Shown here piece by piece: positions 30,468 to 39,317 of a stretch of DNA of 64,000 bases. Position numbers and translations under genes: made by a program. Under the pieces are notes generated by a model. The model saw only the letters and a list, made by a program, of their open reading frames with translations. It did no database searches and was not told the origin of the DNA. Positions within the stretch are counted from its first letter, which is position 1. Every line of letters begins with the position of its first letter. Source of the stretch: Mucilaginibacter sp. (GTDB lineage: Bacteria > Bacteroidota > Bacteroidia > Sphingobacteriales > Sphingobacteriaceae); assembly GCA_028288125.1 (NCBI GenBank), contig JAQBOH010000193.1, positions 7,850 to 71,849 of the forward strand. Reading direction: 5' to 3'.

Positions 30468-30761
30468 ATGAAAAATGCATCAAAATTGGGGATGATGCTT
30501 GTTTTAGCAATATCCCTGTTCCTGTCTTCATGTTCAGGAAGTTATTATGTAGCCGATCAGCCCGTTGACCCGGTATATGACAGGCCGGTAGCGCCTTATG
30601 ACGGCGCGGTTTGGATTGATGGCGATTGGGCATGGGACGGAAGCCGTTATGCTTACACCCAGGGCCATTGGGAAAGGCCAAGGTCTGGCCGTGTCTGGAC
30701 CCGGGGCTCATGGGAGCATAACAACCGTGGTTACAGGTGGCACAAAGGCGGCTGGAGATAA
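30468..30761 (+). CDS. Small lipoprotein with YXWGXW-type repeats
   Basis: Lipobox LSSC; WIDGDW, YTQGHW, WTRGSW and WHKGGW repeats. Confidence 0.85.
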   Translation: MKNASKLGMMLVLAISLFLSSCSGSYYVADQPVDPVYDRPVAPYDGAVWIDGDWAWDGSRYAYTQGHWERPRSGRVWTRGSWEHNNRGYRWHKGGWR

Positions 30762-30771
30762 TCAATTTACC

Positions 30772-30828
30772 GTTTGCAGTGGGCAGCAGGCAGTTTAAAT
30801 TTGAATTTGCACACTGCCAACTGCAAAC
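30772..30828. repeat. Inverted pair of heptamer arrays between convergent genes
   Basis: GTTTGCA GTGGGCA GCAGGCA ... TGCACAC TGCCAAC TGCAAAC. Confidence 0.75.
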
Positions 30829-30830
30829 TA

Positions 30831-32597
30831 TTACATCCGCTCCGGCACTTCAATTCCCAGCAAACCCATACCTTTTTTAATTACTTTGCCCGATGCTGCC
30901 GAAAGTTGCAGTCTGAATTGTTTTAACACTTCATCTTCTGCCTGCAAAATTGATTTTTCGTGGTAAAATTTGTTGTAGGTTTTGGCGAGCTCGAATAAAT
31001 AGTTAGCGATAATTGCCGGGCTGAATCCCGCTGCAGCCACTTGAATGATCTCAGGAAACTGCGAAAGTGAAACGATCAGGTCGCGCTCGACGTCGGCGAG
31101 TATTTGTATACCTGCTTTACCGGCATTATTATAGCCAGCCTTATTTAATACCGACCGGATACGCGCATGCGTATACTGAATAAACGGCCCGGTATGCCCC
31201 TGGAAATCTACGGACTCGTTGGGGTCAAATAATAACCGTTTTTTAGGGTCAACTTTTAATAAGAAATATTTTAAAGCACCCATACCTATAATATGATATA
31301 GCTGCTGCTTTTCATCCGTGCCAAAATCCTCCACTTTGCCCATTGCTTCGGTTTGGAGTTTCGCGGTTTGTTCCATTTCGGCCATCAGGTCATCAGCGTC
31401 TACAACAGTACCTTCGCGCGATTTCATTTTACCCGATGGCAGGTCAACCATTCCATATGACAAATGGAATAATCCCTTTGCCCAGGTTTTGCCTAATTTT
31501 TGCAGGATCAGGAATAGTACTTTAAAGTGATAATCCTGCTCGTTACCAACCACATAAATGGAGCTGTCCATCTGAAAATCATTATATTTCAATTGGGCAG
31601 TACCCAAATCCTGCGTCATATATACGGAGGTTCCGTCCGACCGCAACACCAACTTTTCGTCAAGTCCTTCATCAGTCAGGTCTATCCATACCGAGTTATC
31701 CGGCTTTCTGAAAAACACTCCTTTTTTAAGGCCCTCATCAATGATATCCTTTCCTAATATATAGGTGTTTGATTCATAATAGAATTTATCAAAGCTTACA
31801 CCAAGGTTTTTATAGGTGTCGGCGAAACCGGCATACACCCAGCTGTTCATGGTTTTCCAAAGATTGATCACCTCCTTATCCCCTGCTTCCCATTGCTGCA
31901 GCATTTCCTGCGCTTCCTTTATCAATGGCGCATTCTTTTTTGCTTCTTCTTCGGTTTGGCCAAGCTGCTTCAGCTCATCTATTTGCTTTTTGTACTCCTT
32001 ATCAAACAGCACATAGTATTTACCCACCAAATGATCGCCTTTTAAGCCGGAGCTTTCGGGCGTCTCGCCGTTGCCGAACTTTTGCCAGGCCAGCATCGAC
32101 TTACAAATATGGATACCACGGTCATTGACAAGATTGGTTTTTATCACTTCGTATCCGGCACCAGCCAAAATTTCGGCTACCGAAAAACCCAGCAAATTAT
32201 TACGAATATGCCCCAAATGCAATGGCTTGTTGGTATTGGGCGACGAGTATTCGACCATTACCTTTTTGCCATTGGGTTTAAAAACGGCAAAATCGTCGGG
32301 CAAAATTTCGGTATCGAGTTTATTGAGCCAGAAACCGTCTGTCAGCGAAATATTCAGAAAGCCTTTTATTACGTTAAACCCGGCTACCTCTTCCAGTTCA
32401 TTTTGCAGGTAAGCGCCTATTTCATTGCCGGTTTGCTCTGGCGATTTTTTTGAAAATTTGGTAAAAGGGAAAGTCACCATAGTAACTTGCCCTTCAAATT
32501 CTTTACGGGTTTCCTGTAAGCTTATGTCTGCAGCGGTAAGTTCAATTTGATATAAATGTTTGATCGCTTTAAGGGCAGCTTCAATAATAAAATCCAT
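30831..32597 (-). CDS. argS: Arginine--tRNA ligase
   Basis: VEYSSPNTNKPLHLGH (HIGH), KMKSREG, GPFIQYTHARI and C-terminal PERM. Confidence 0.97.
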   Translation of the reverse strand: MDFIIEAALKAIKHLYQIELTAADISLQETRKEFEGQVTMVTFPFTKFSKKSPEQTGNEIGAYLQNELEEVAGFNVIKGFLNISLTDGFWLNKLDTEILPDDFAVFKPNGKKVMVEYSSPNTNKPLHLGHIRNNLLGFSVAEILAGAGYEVIKTNLVNDRGIHICKSMLAWQKFGNGETPESSGLKGDHLVGKYYVLFDKEYKKQIDELKQLGQTEEEAKKNAPLIKEAQEMLQQWEAGDKEVINLWKTMNSWVYAGFADTYKNLGVSFDKFYYESNTYILGKDIIDEGLKKGVFFRKPDNSVWIDLTDEGLDEKLVLRSDGTSVYMTQDLGTAQLKYNDFQMDSSIYVVGNEQDYHFKVLFLILQKLGKTWAKGLFHLSYGMVDLPSGKMKSREGTVVDADDLMAEMEQTAKLQTEAMGKVEDFGTDEKQQLYHIIGMGALKYFLLKVDPKKRLLFDPNESVDFQGHTGPFIQYTHARIRSVLNKAGYNNAGKAGIQILADVERDLIVSLSQFPEIIQVAAAGFSPAIIANYLFELAKTYNKFYHEKSILQAEDEVLKQFRLQLSAASGKVIKKGMGLLGIEVPERM

Positions 32598-32773
32598 CGG
32601 ACAAAATTAGTTAAATAGTCCGAAAGTTGTCCGAACACGATTTTAAGATTTAATTGATGAAATGGATTTTTTTGGCGGCGCACCAGTTTTGCGACAGCTG
32701 CGCCGCCAGACCAGCAAACAAACCAGTGAATTACAGACAAAAAAGAATAAATTTGCTTTATCTCCAATTATCT

Positions 32774-34216
32774 ATGAAACTTACCGCCAGCGATTTTAAG
32801 TTAGATGTTACATCCGAGATTGGTACCCTGCGGGCTCTTTTGATCCATAGTCCGGATAACGGGCTTGGGAAAGTAGTGCCCTCAAAGGCGCAGGACTGGC
32901 TTTTTGAGGACATCGTGCACCTGGATACCATGCGTAAAAACGAATATGATTATTACGTTAAGCTGTTAATGTACTTTCTTGACCCGGTTAAGATAAAAGG
33001 TAAACTGGAGCAAATAGACGACCCGGCAAATAAACGCGCGTTTTACAAACCTGATGATAAAAGTTTCCATGCATCAAACAAGGTCATCGAAATTCAAACC
33101 CTGCTTGAAGAAATTTTACAAGATGCGGATGTCCGCAAAAAGCTCGTCGCTTCGGTTTGCGCTATTGAAGGATGTAACTACCGCTTACAATTAAAATTAA
33201 TTGACACCGACCCGGTTGAGTTGGCAAAAATTATCATTTCGGGCTCCTTGAATAAGGAGGAAATGATCTTCGCGCCCATTCCTAACTTAATATTTTCGCG
33301 GGACATAGGGGTTACTATTAATAATTATATGCTGTTAAATAAACCGGCAAAAAAAGTCCGGGCACGTGAAACCTTGCTGGCCCGGTATATATTTTTTAAT
33401 CACCCCTTATTTGCAGCTTATCGCGACAATATTCTCGAAATACCCGAAACCGTTCAGCACTTTTTACGGCCGGGAGAAGACAACGACGAAAAAACAACTT
33501 TAGAAGGCGGCGATGTAATGATGGTAAGCCCGCATCATCTGATTATCGGCTGCAGTGAGCGCACATCGGTAAGCGGCGCCAACGAAGCCATAAAATTACT
33601 TTTTGAAAACAAGGTGGTTAAAAAAGTAACCATCGTAAAGATCCCTCATAAGCGGGATTATATGCATATCGATACCATATTCACCCAGGTGAAACGCGAT
33701 ATGTGGATATTGCTGCGCTCATTGGCCATTGCCAATAGCCGGATTGATAAAAATGAGCCGGGCGCTTGGTTTGCCGATAAAAAGAGTAAAGATAAAACGG
33801 AGATCGTGCAGTTTGAAAAAGGCAAAAAGCCCAAAACCTACAAACATATTGAAGACCTACTGGCTGATATCAGCGAAAACGATCTGCAAAGCAAAAAGAA
33901 AACAAAATTTATCTACTCCGGAAATGACACCTTTCCGTTTGATGCCCGTGAACAATGGACCGACTCGTGCAACCTGCTGGCGCTAAAGGAAGGCGTAGTA
34001 CTGGGCTACGACCGGAATGATAAAACAGTGGCCGCGTTTAAAAAGAATGGATTTGAAGTGATTAAGGTACAGGAATTGCTGCAAAAATTTGAAAACAACG
34101 AGCTTGATCCGCAAAAGATGAAGGATACTTTGATCTTAATGCCGTCGTCCGAACTTTCAAGAGCCCGCGGTGGCTTTCATTGTATGAGTATGCCGCTGTT
34201 GCGGGATGAAGTCTGA
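32774..34216 (+). CDS. Arginine deiminase-family amidinotransferase
   Basis: SEIGTLR, FSRD, LEGGD, MHIDT and RGGFHCMSMPLLR motifs; TAAATTTG box at 32748-32755 supports ATG at 32774. Confidence 0.88.
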   Translation: MKLTASDFKLDVTSEIGTLRALLIHSPDNGLGKVVPSKAQDWLFEDIVHLDTMRKNEYDYYVKLLMYFLDPVKIKGKLEQIDDPANKRAFYKPDDKSFHASNKVIEIQTLLEEILQDADVRKKLVASVCAIEGCNYRLQLKLIDTDPVELAKIIISGSLNKEEMIFAPIPNLIFSRDIGVTINNYMLLNKPAKKVRARETLLARYIFFNHPLFAAYRDNILEIPETVQHFLRPGEDNDEKTTLEGGDVMMVSPHHLIIGCSERTSVSGANEAIKLLFENKVVKKVTIVKIPHKRDYMHIDTIFTQVKRDMWILLRSLAIANSRIDKNEPGAWFADKKSKDKTEIVQFEKGKKPKTYKHIEDLLADISENDLQSKKKTKFIYSGNDTFPFDAREQWTDSCNLLALKEGVVLGYDRNDKTVAAFKKNGFEVIKVQELLQKFENNELDPQKMKDTLILMPSSELSRARGGFHCMSMPLLRDEV

Positions 34217-34252
34217 ACACAATTACAGGATTTGAACGATTAAAGTGATTTG

Positions 34253-34308
34253 AATGACCAACCACCAATGCCTAATGATCAATGACTAATGACCAATGAC
34301 TACTGACC
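34253..34308. repeat. Heptamer tandem array (AATGACY x8) containing the ctlX start codon
   Basis: AATGACC AACCACC AATGCCT AATGATC AATGACT AATGACC AATGACT ACTGACC. Confidence 0.88.
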
Positions 34309-35210
34309 ACATATTGATGATCCGGCCGGTTAATTTCGGGTATAATGAAGAAACAGCCGACAGCAACGCTTTTCAAAGGCGGGGCATAGATGATAAAATT
34401 GCACAAGACAGCGCGCTGCATGAATTTAACAATATGGTTAATGTGCTTTGCAAAAACGGCGTTGATATTACGGTTGTTGATGATACAGTTGAACCGTATA
34501 AGCCCGACTCCATTTTTCCGAATAACTGGGTGTCGTTTCACGACGACGGCACGGTATTTCTATACCCGATGCAAGCCAAAAACCGCAGGCTCGAGCGCCG
34601 GGAGGACATTATTGCCAAATTGGAAGACCGGTTTACTGTAAAGCGCATCATTGACTTAAGCAGATTTGAGGCTGGAGATAAATTTTTAGAAGGTACCGGC
34701 AGCATGGTGTTGGACAGGGGAAACAAAATTGCTTATGCCTGCATTTCTCCGCGAACAAACCGCGAAATATTAAATTTATTTTGCGAACAAACCGGTTATA
34801 AAGCCATTTGCTTCGATGCCATTGATGAACATGGAAAAGCGATTTACCACACCAACGTATTAATGTGCGTGGGCGGCAAATTCGCTGTTATTTGTTTGGA
34901 CTGCATTCCTAACCCGCACGAGAAGATTGTGATAACGGAGTCGCTCAAATTAACCCGAAAAGAGATCGTTGACATTTCATTTGAACAGATGAACCAATTT
35001 GCAGGCAATATGCTGGAGATTAAAAATAAGGCCGGCGAAAATTTGATCGTGCTGTCGAAAAATGCCTATAGATCATTGCTGCATGAACAACTTGCGGCAC
35101 TTGAAAAATATGGCAAACTTATTTATGCCGATATAAACACCATCGAAACCATCGGCGGGGGCAGCGCCCGGTGTATGATGGCGGAGGTGTATTTACCCGT
35201 TGGTCGATAG
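34296..35210 (+). CDS. ctlX: Citrulline utilization hydrolase CtlX-like amidinotransferase
   Basis: MIRPVNFGYN, FPNNWVSFH, LEGTGSMV, YHTNV and GGGSARCM motifs. Confidence 0.88.
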   Translation: MTTDHILMIRPVNFGYNEETADSNAFQRRGIDDKIAQDSALHEFNNMVNVLCKNGVDITVVDDTVEPYKPDSIFPNNWVSFHDDGTVFLYPMQAKNRRLERREDIIAKLEDRFTVKRIIDLSRFEAGDKFLEGTGSMVLDRGNKIAYACISPRTNREILNLFCEQTGYKAICFDAIDEHGKAIYHTNVLMCVGGKFAVICLDCIPNPHEKIVITESLKLTRKEIVDISFEQMNQFAGNMLEIKNKAGENLIVLSKNAYRSLLHEQLAALEKYGKLIYADINTIETIGGGSARCMMAEVYLPVGR

Positions 35211-35294
35211 ACCATAGTCCATGGACCATAGCTCATCCCGGTATTGATAATCTGACATCCTCAGCTATGGACTATGGACCATCGACTATGGACT
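35203..35294. repeat. Inverted pair of heptamer arrays (GACYATG family) overlapping the ctlX stop
   Basis: GTCGATA GACCATA GTCCATG GACCATA ... AGCTATG GACTATG GACCATC GACTATG GACT. Confidence 0.88.
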
Positions 35295-35387
35295 AAAAAA
35301 CAAATTACATTTCAACTATAATTTTTCTATCACCGAATAGCGCATTATTCCATATAAAAATTACATTTTTGCCAAAATTTTTAAATA

Positions 35388-36782
35388 ATGCAGAGTTACC
35401 AGGAATTTCTTGACCTGAGTGTAGGTTTCCCGCAAGAAGGTTTTGAGATCATTGAGGATGAACTATATTTTCACGACCTAAATTTAATGGAGATGATAGA
35501 AACGTACGGTACTCCCCTGCGCTTTACTTATCTGCCTATTATTTCAAAAAAAATTCAGCAGTCAAAATTGCTGTTCCAGCAGGCCCTGATAAAAAATAAT
35601 TACCGCGGCAGCTATAAATACTGTTATTGCACCAAAAGCTCGCATTTTAAGCACGTTGTTGAAGAAGCGCTTAAAAATGATATACACCTCGAAACCTCAT
35701 CCGCATTTGATATGCCGATGATTGACGCGCTTGAAAAAAAGGGCGTGGTTGATAAAGACATCACCGTGATCTGCAATGGATTTAAGACATTTCAGTACAA
35801 AACTTATATTATCGATATGCTGCATGATGGTTTCAAAAACATCATCCCGGTATTAGATAATAAGGAAGAGTTTAACCTCTACGACGATGAGATAGAGATG
35901 ACTACCCCATGTAACCTGGGTATCCGCATAGCTGCTGAAGAGCAGCCGGACTCACAGTTTTACACTTCGCGTTTGGGTGTGCGCATGGAGGACATCATTG
36001 ATTTTTATTATAATAAGATAGAGGGCAACCCTAACTTCCAGGTTAAGCTGCTGCATTTTTTCATCAATTCGGGTATCTCCGATACACCCTATTACTGGAA
36101 CGAATTGGAAAAATACGTTACGCTATATTGCAAGTTTAAAAAGATAAACCCGGCTTTAGATACGCTTGATATTGGCGGCGGTATGCCTTTTAAAGACTCA
36201 CTGGTTTTTGATTTTGATTATGAATACATGATCAACGAAATTGTGAGCCGGATAAAAGAGATATGTGCCGAAAACGATACGGTTGAACCCGATATTATAA
36301 CCGAATTCGGCAAATACACTGTGGCAGAGGCTTCGGGTATTTTATATAAGGTATTGGGCCGCAAGCAGCAAAACGACCGCGAAAGGTGGCTGATGCTGGA
36401 TGGCTCGTTCATCACCAACCTGCCTGATGTTTGGGCGCTCAACCAAAAATATATTTTACTTCCCGTTAACAACTGGGATGCTGAATACGAGCGTGTAAAC
36501 CTTGGCGGAATAACCTGCGACGGGCAGGATTACTATAACCAGGAAGCCCACATGAACAGCGTGTTTATGCCCAAAACGCGTAAAGTGCAATACCTTGGCT
36601 TTTTTAATACCGGCGCCTACCAGGAAGTGCTAAGCGGTTACGGCGGCATACACCACTGCCTGCTGCCTTCGCCAAAACATGTGATCATCCGCCGCAACCG
36701 CGACGAAACCTTTAATTTCGAAGTATTCGGCGAAGAGCAGAACAGCAAGCAGGTGATGAAGATTTTGGGATATACGACTTAG
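35388..36782 (+). CDS. speA: Arginine decarboxylase (Bacteroidota short type, fold III PLP)
   Basis: YCTKSS (PLP Lys), CNGFK, LDIGGG, TEFGKY, TCDGQD and GAYQE...HC motifs. Confidence 0.85.
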   Translation: MQSYQEFLDLSVGFPQEGFEIIEDELYFHDLNLMEMIETYGTPLRFTYLPIISKKIQQSKLLFQQALIKNNYRGSYKYCYCTKSSHFKHVVEEALKNDIHLETSSAFDMPMIDALEKKGVVDKDITVICNGFKTFQYKTYIIDMLHDGFKNIIPVLDNKEEFNLYDDEIEMTTPCNLGIRIAAEEQPDSQFYTSRLGVRMEDIIDFYYNKIEGNPNFQVKLLHFFINSGISDTPYYWNELEKYVTLYCKFKKINPALDTLDIGGGMPFKDSLVFDFDYEYMINEIVSRIKEICAENDTVEPDIITEFGKYTVAEASGILYKVLGRKQQNDRERWLMLDGSFITNLPDVWALNQKYILLPVNNWDAEYERVNLGGITCDGQDYYNQEAHMNSVFMPKTRKVQYLGFFNTGAYQEVLSGYGGIHHCLLPSPKHVIIRRNRDETFNFEVFGEEQNSKQVMKILGYTT

Positions 36783-36789
36783 AGAAAAA

Positions 36790-36822
36790 AAACTTACGAA
36801 GTTTTGTAAACTTCGTAAGTTT
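36790..36822. repeat. REP-like palindrome, ACTTACGAAGT family copy 1
   Basis: AAACTTACGAAGTTT-TGT-AAACTTCGTAAGTTT. Confidence 0.88.
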
Positions 36823-36833
36823 GATATCCAACT

Positions 36834-37553
36834 CTACACATCAAACTTCTCCAGTAATTTCAATAGTGTTTCAAAATCTTTTGGATACGGCGCGTGAATA
36901 GTAACTGCTTCTCCATTCAGCAGTTTAAAGCTCACCTCATAAGCATGCAGGGCAAAACGTTTCATAATGGGCAGCTCTTCCTGATCTTTACCCAAATGAT
37001 ATTTACGCTTAATTTTTGAAAGGAAAACAGGTTCACCCTTATACATTTCATCTCCGGCTATTGATGCGCGTTGCGTGGCCAGGTGAATACGTATCTGGTG
37101 CATACGGCCGGTTACCGGGCGGCATTCTACCAGCGTATAATGCTTAAAGTATTTCAATGACTGAAACCAGGTTTCGGCCCGTTTGCCATCCTGCCTGTTA
37201 ATGGTCACGTTCCCTTTCCCTACGTTTAGTATCGGCAAGTCGATCATTAGGTTCTCGAAAACATGAGTGCCGTTGATGATGGCGTGATAAACTTTTTTTA
37301 CCTGGCGTTTTTCAAACTGTATGGAAATGGACCGGTAAGCTTCAGGATTCTTTGCGATAACCAGCGCGCCCGAAGTTTCCTTATCCAGCCGGTGACAAAC
37401 CTGCGCATCTGCCGAATATGCTTTTGCCAACCGCAGCATGTTCACCTCACCGCCTTCGCGTTCATCCAGCGAGCTGATAAAAGGTGGTTTGTTGACTACG
37501 ATGATATCATCATCTTCAAATAAGATCAGGTCGGCAAATTTCGGGAATTTCAT
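36834..37553 (-). CDS. RluA-family pseudouridine synthase
   Basis: VNKP, HRLDKETSG (catalytic Asp), TGRMHQIRIH, GDEMY and LHA motifs. Confidence 0.95.
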   Translation of the reverse strand: MKFPKFADLILFEDDDIIVVNKPPFISSLDEREGGEVNMLRLAKAYSADAQVCHRLDKETSGALVIAKNPEAYRSISIQFEKRQVKKVYHAIINGTHVFENLMIDLPILNVGKGNVTINRQDGKRAETWFQSLKYFKHYTLVECRPVTGRMHQIRIHLATQRASIAGDEMYKGEPVFLSKIKRKYHLGKDQEELPIMKRFALHAYEVSFKLLNGEAVTIHAPYPKDFETLLKLLEKFDV

Positions 37554-37618
37554 ATATAGCTATAGCTGACAAAAATACGGTAATTAAAATAAATAATGCC
37601 TTGATCTATCCAACCGGA

Positions 37619-37888
37619 CAGTGCAAACGCATTAATAATTTAAAGAATATTTGGTAAATAGATAGCGTAATGAGGCTCCAATGGAGCCCTTATATCCGAT
37701 CTCTGTTATTCTATAAACAGGCGACTCCTAAAGGAGTCAAATAGACTTCATAAAACGGGTTATTGGTTCCATAGCAACCTCCCGTTTACAGAAAAGAGAC
37801 GAAAAGGTTACGGCTCCATTAGGAGCCTCCTCTATCACGACAGCCCCTGAGCGATTTGGATATAATAATTTTTAATGCGTTTGCCCGG
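37619..37888. mobile_element. Degenerate non-autonomous MITE-like element with internal hairpins
   Basis: 22-bp terminal inverted repeats (19/22 match): CAGTGCAAACGCATTAATAATT / AATTTTTAATGCGTTTGCCCGG; flanking 9-mers CCAACCGGA / TCAACTGGA (7/9); no listed ORF. Confidence 0.65.
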
Positions 37889-37966
37889 TCAACTGGAATC
37901 ATACCGGATAAAACAAAACAAGTTGATATTGGTTAAACATAAAAACATTAAAATTATAAATCGACC

Positions 37967-38482
37967 ATGAGCAACAAATCAACCAAACCTGAAGAAAAAG
38001 GATTTTTCGAAAAGGTAAAAGAAACAATTGAGGAGCTTTGGGATGGAACCAAAGACAAAGCCGAAGATATAAAAGACGTCGCGGGTGATACTTATGAAAA
38101 CATAAAAGACAAAGCCGGCGATACTTTCGACAGTTTGAAAGAGACTGTTACTACTAAAAAAACTGCCGCGCCAAGACGATCAACAGCAAGCAAAGGAACA
38201 TCCGCGGCAAGTAAAGTAAAAAGCTCGGTTGCCGGCGCTAAAACTAAATCTGCATCAACGACAAAATCACCAGCTGCCAAAGCAAAGAATGAAGCTTCCG
38301 GCAATAGCAAAAAGACGGCGACATCGGGAAATACCGACGATAACAAAAAGTCTGCAGGCACTGCCAGGGCAAAAACCGGTAATAACTCCGCAAAAAAATC
38401 GGGTTCGGCAAGCGCCGCAAAACCCAAATCAACAGCAAGTTCTTCAGCTGGTTCAAAGAAAAAAACAACTGCCGGCCACTAA
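37967..38482 (+). CDS. Hydrophilic low-complexity protein (LEA-like N-terminus, H1-like basic tail)
   Basis: 11-residue periodic TKDKAEDIKDV/AGDTYENIKDK/AGDTFDSLKE followed by a K/S/T/A-rich tail; AT-rich leader; terminator after. Confidence 0.75.
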   Translation: MSNKSTKPEEKGFFEKVKETIEELWDGTKDKAEDIKDVAGDTYENIKDKAGDTFDSLKETVTTKKTAAPRRSTASKGTSAASKVKSSVAGAKTKSASTTKSPAAKAKNEASGNSKKTATSGNTDDNKKSAGTARAKTGNNSAKKSGSASAAKPKSTASSSAGSKKKTTAGH

Positions 38483-38508
38483 TATCTGCCGCCAAAACTT
38501 CCATAAAT

Positions 38509-38535
38509 AAAAAGCGGGCCATTAAGCCCGTTTTT
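38509..38535. terminator. Bidirectional intrinsic terminator
   Basis: AAAAAGCGGGC-catta-AGCCCGTTTTT between convergent genes. Confidence 0.75.
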
Positions 38536-38550
38536 TATTTTAAGTTATTA

Positions 38551-39240
38551 TTATCCGTTAAACTTATATCCTACTCCTTTTATCGTAGCTACACAGTCAT
38601 CGCCCAGCTTTTCGCGCAGCTTACGGATGTGCACATCTATGGTACGGTTGGTAACCACCACGGAATCCTCCCATATATTTTTAAGGATAACCTCGCGTGT
38701 ATAAACTTTGCCCGGTTTGGATGCCAGCAGGTAAAGCAGCTCGAATTCCTTTTTTGCTAAAACCACTTTATTCCCTCTTTGGAAAACAAGGTATGCTTCC
38801 CGGTCAATTACCAGGTCGCCGATTTCCAGTTTATTATCTGCTATGTCTTCAGCCGGCGCGTTACGGCGCAGTATGGCGTTGATGCGGCTTACAAGCGCTC
38901 TTGGCTTAATTGGTTTCGCGATATAGTCATCAGCGCCGACGTTAAAGCCGGCAATTTCGGAATATTCCTCGCTCCTGGCCGTTAAAAATACCATAAACGT
39001 ATTTTTAAATTCGGGCATCGTACGCATAATACGGCATGCCTCGATGCCATCCATTTTAGGCATCATGATATCGAGAACTATAAGATCGGGAAGGGATCTT
39101 TTTGCTTCAGCTACAGCTTCCTGCCCGTTGCGGGCCAGGAATACCTGGTAACCTTCCTTTTTTAAATTATATTCAATCAGCTCCAGAATATCCGGCTCAT
39201 CGTCAACAATAAGTATCTTCTGTTTAGCAGCGTTGCTCAT
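38551..39240 (-). CDS. OmpR/PhoB-family response regulator
   Basis: IVDDE, LDIMMP, FLTA and AKP receiver motifs; winged-helix RTIDVHIRKLREK and TIKGVGY. Confidence 0.95.
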   Translation of the reverse strand: MSNAAKQKILIVDDEPDILELIEYNLKKEGYQVFLARNGQEAVAEAKRSLPDLIVLDIMMPKMDGIEACRIMRTMPEFKNTFMVFLTARSEEYSEIAGFNVGADDYIAKPIKPRALVSRINAILRRNAPAEDIADNKLEIGDLVIDREAYLVFQRGNKVVLAKKEFELLYLLASKPGKVYTREVILKNIWEDSVVVTNRTIDVHIRKLREKLGDDCVATIKGVGYKFNG

Positions 39241-39272
39241 GAAGGTTGAATTTTTCTATAAAAGTAGCTGCA

Positions 39273-39315
39273 CAAATGTAGAAAATGGTTAACCATATAT
39301 TAACAAATTGTTAAA
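39273..39315 (-). promoter_or_regulatory. TAnnTTTG promoter box with three direct repeats at 11-bp spacing
   Basis: Minus-strand TACATTTG at 39273-39280; plus-strand TTAAC, TTAAC, TTAAA at 39289, 39300, 39311. Confidence 0.55.
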
Positions 39316-39317
39316 TA

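Noticed and set aside
32654-32773. N-terminal extensions in the ORF track (also at 1693, 29397, 40550, 46924, 47851, 60560)
   Set aside because: They cross promoters, repeats, terminators or neighbouring genes; downstream ATGs give proper signal peptides or family N-termini
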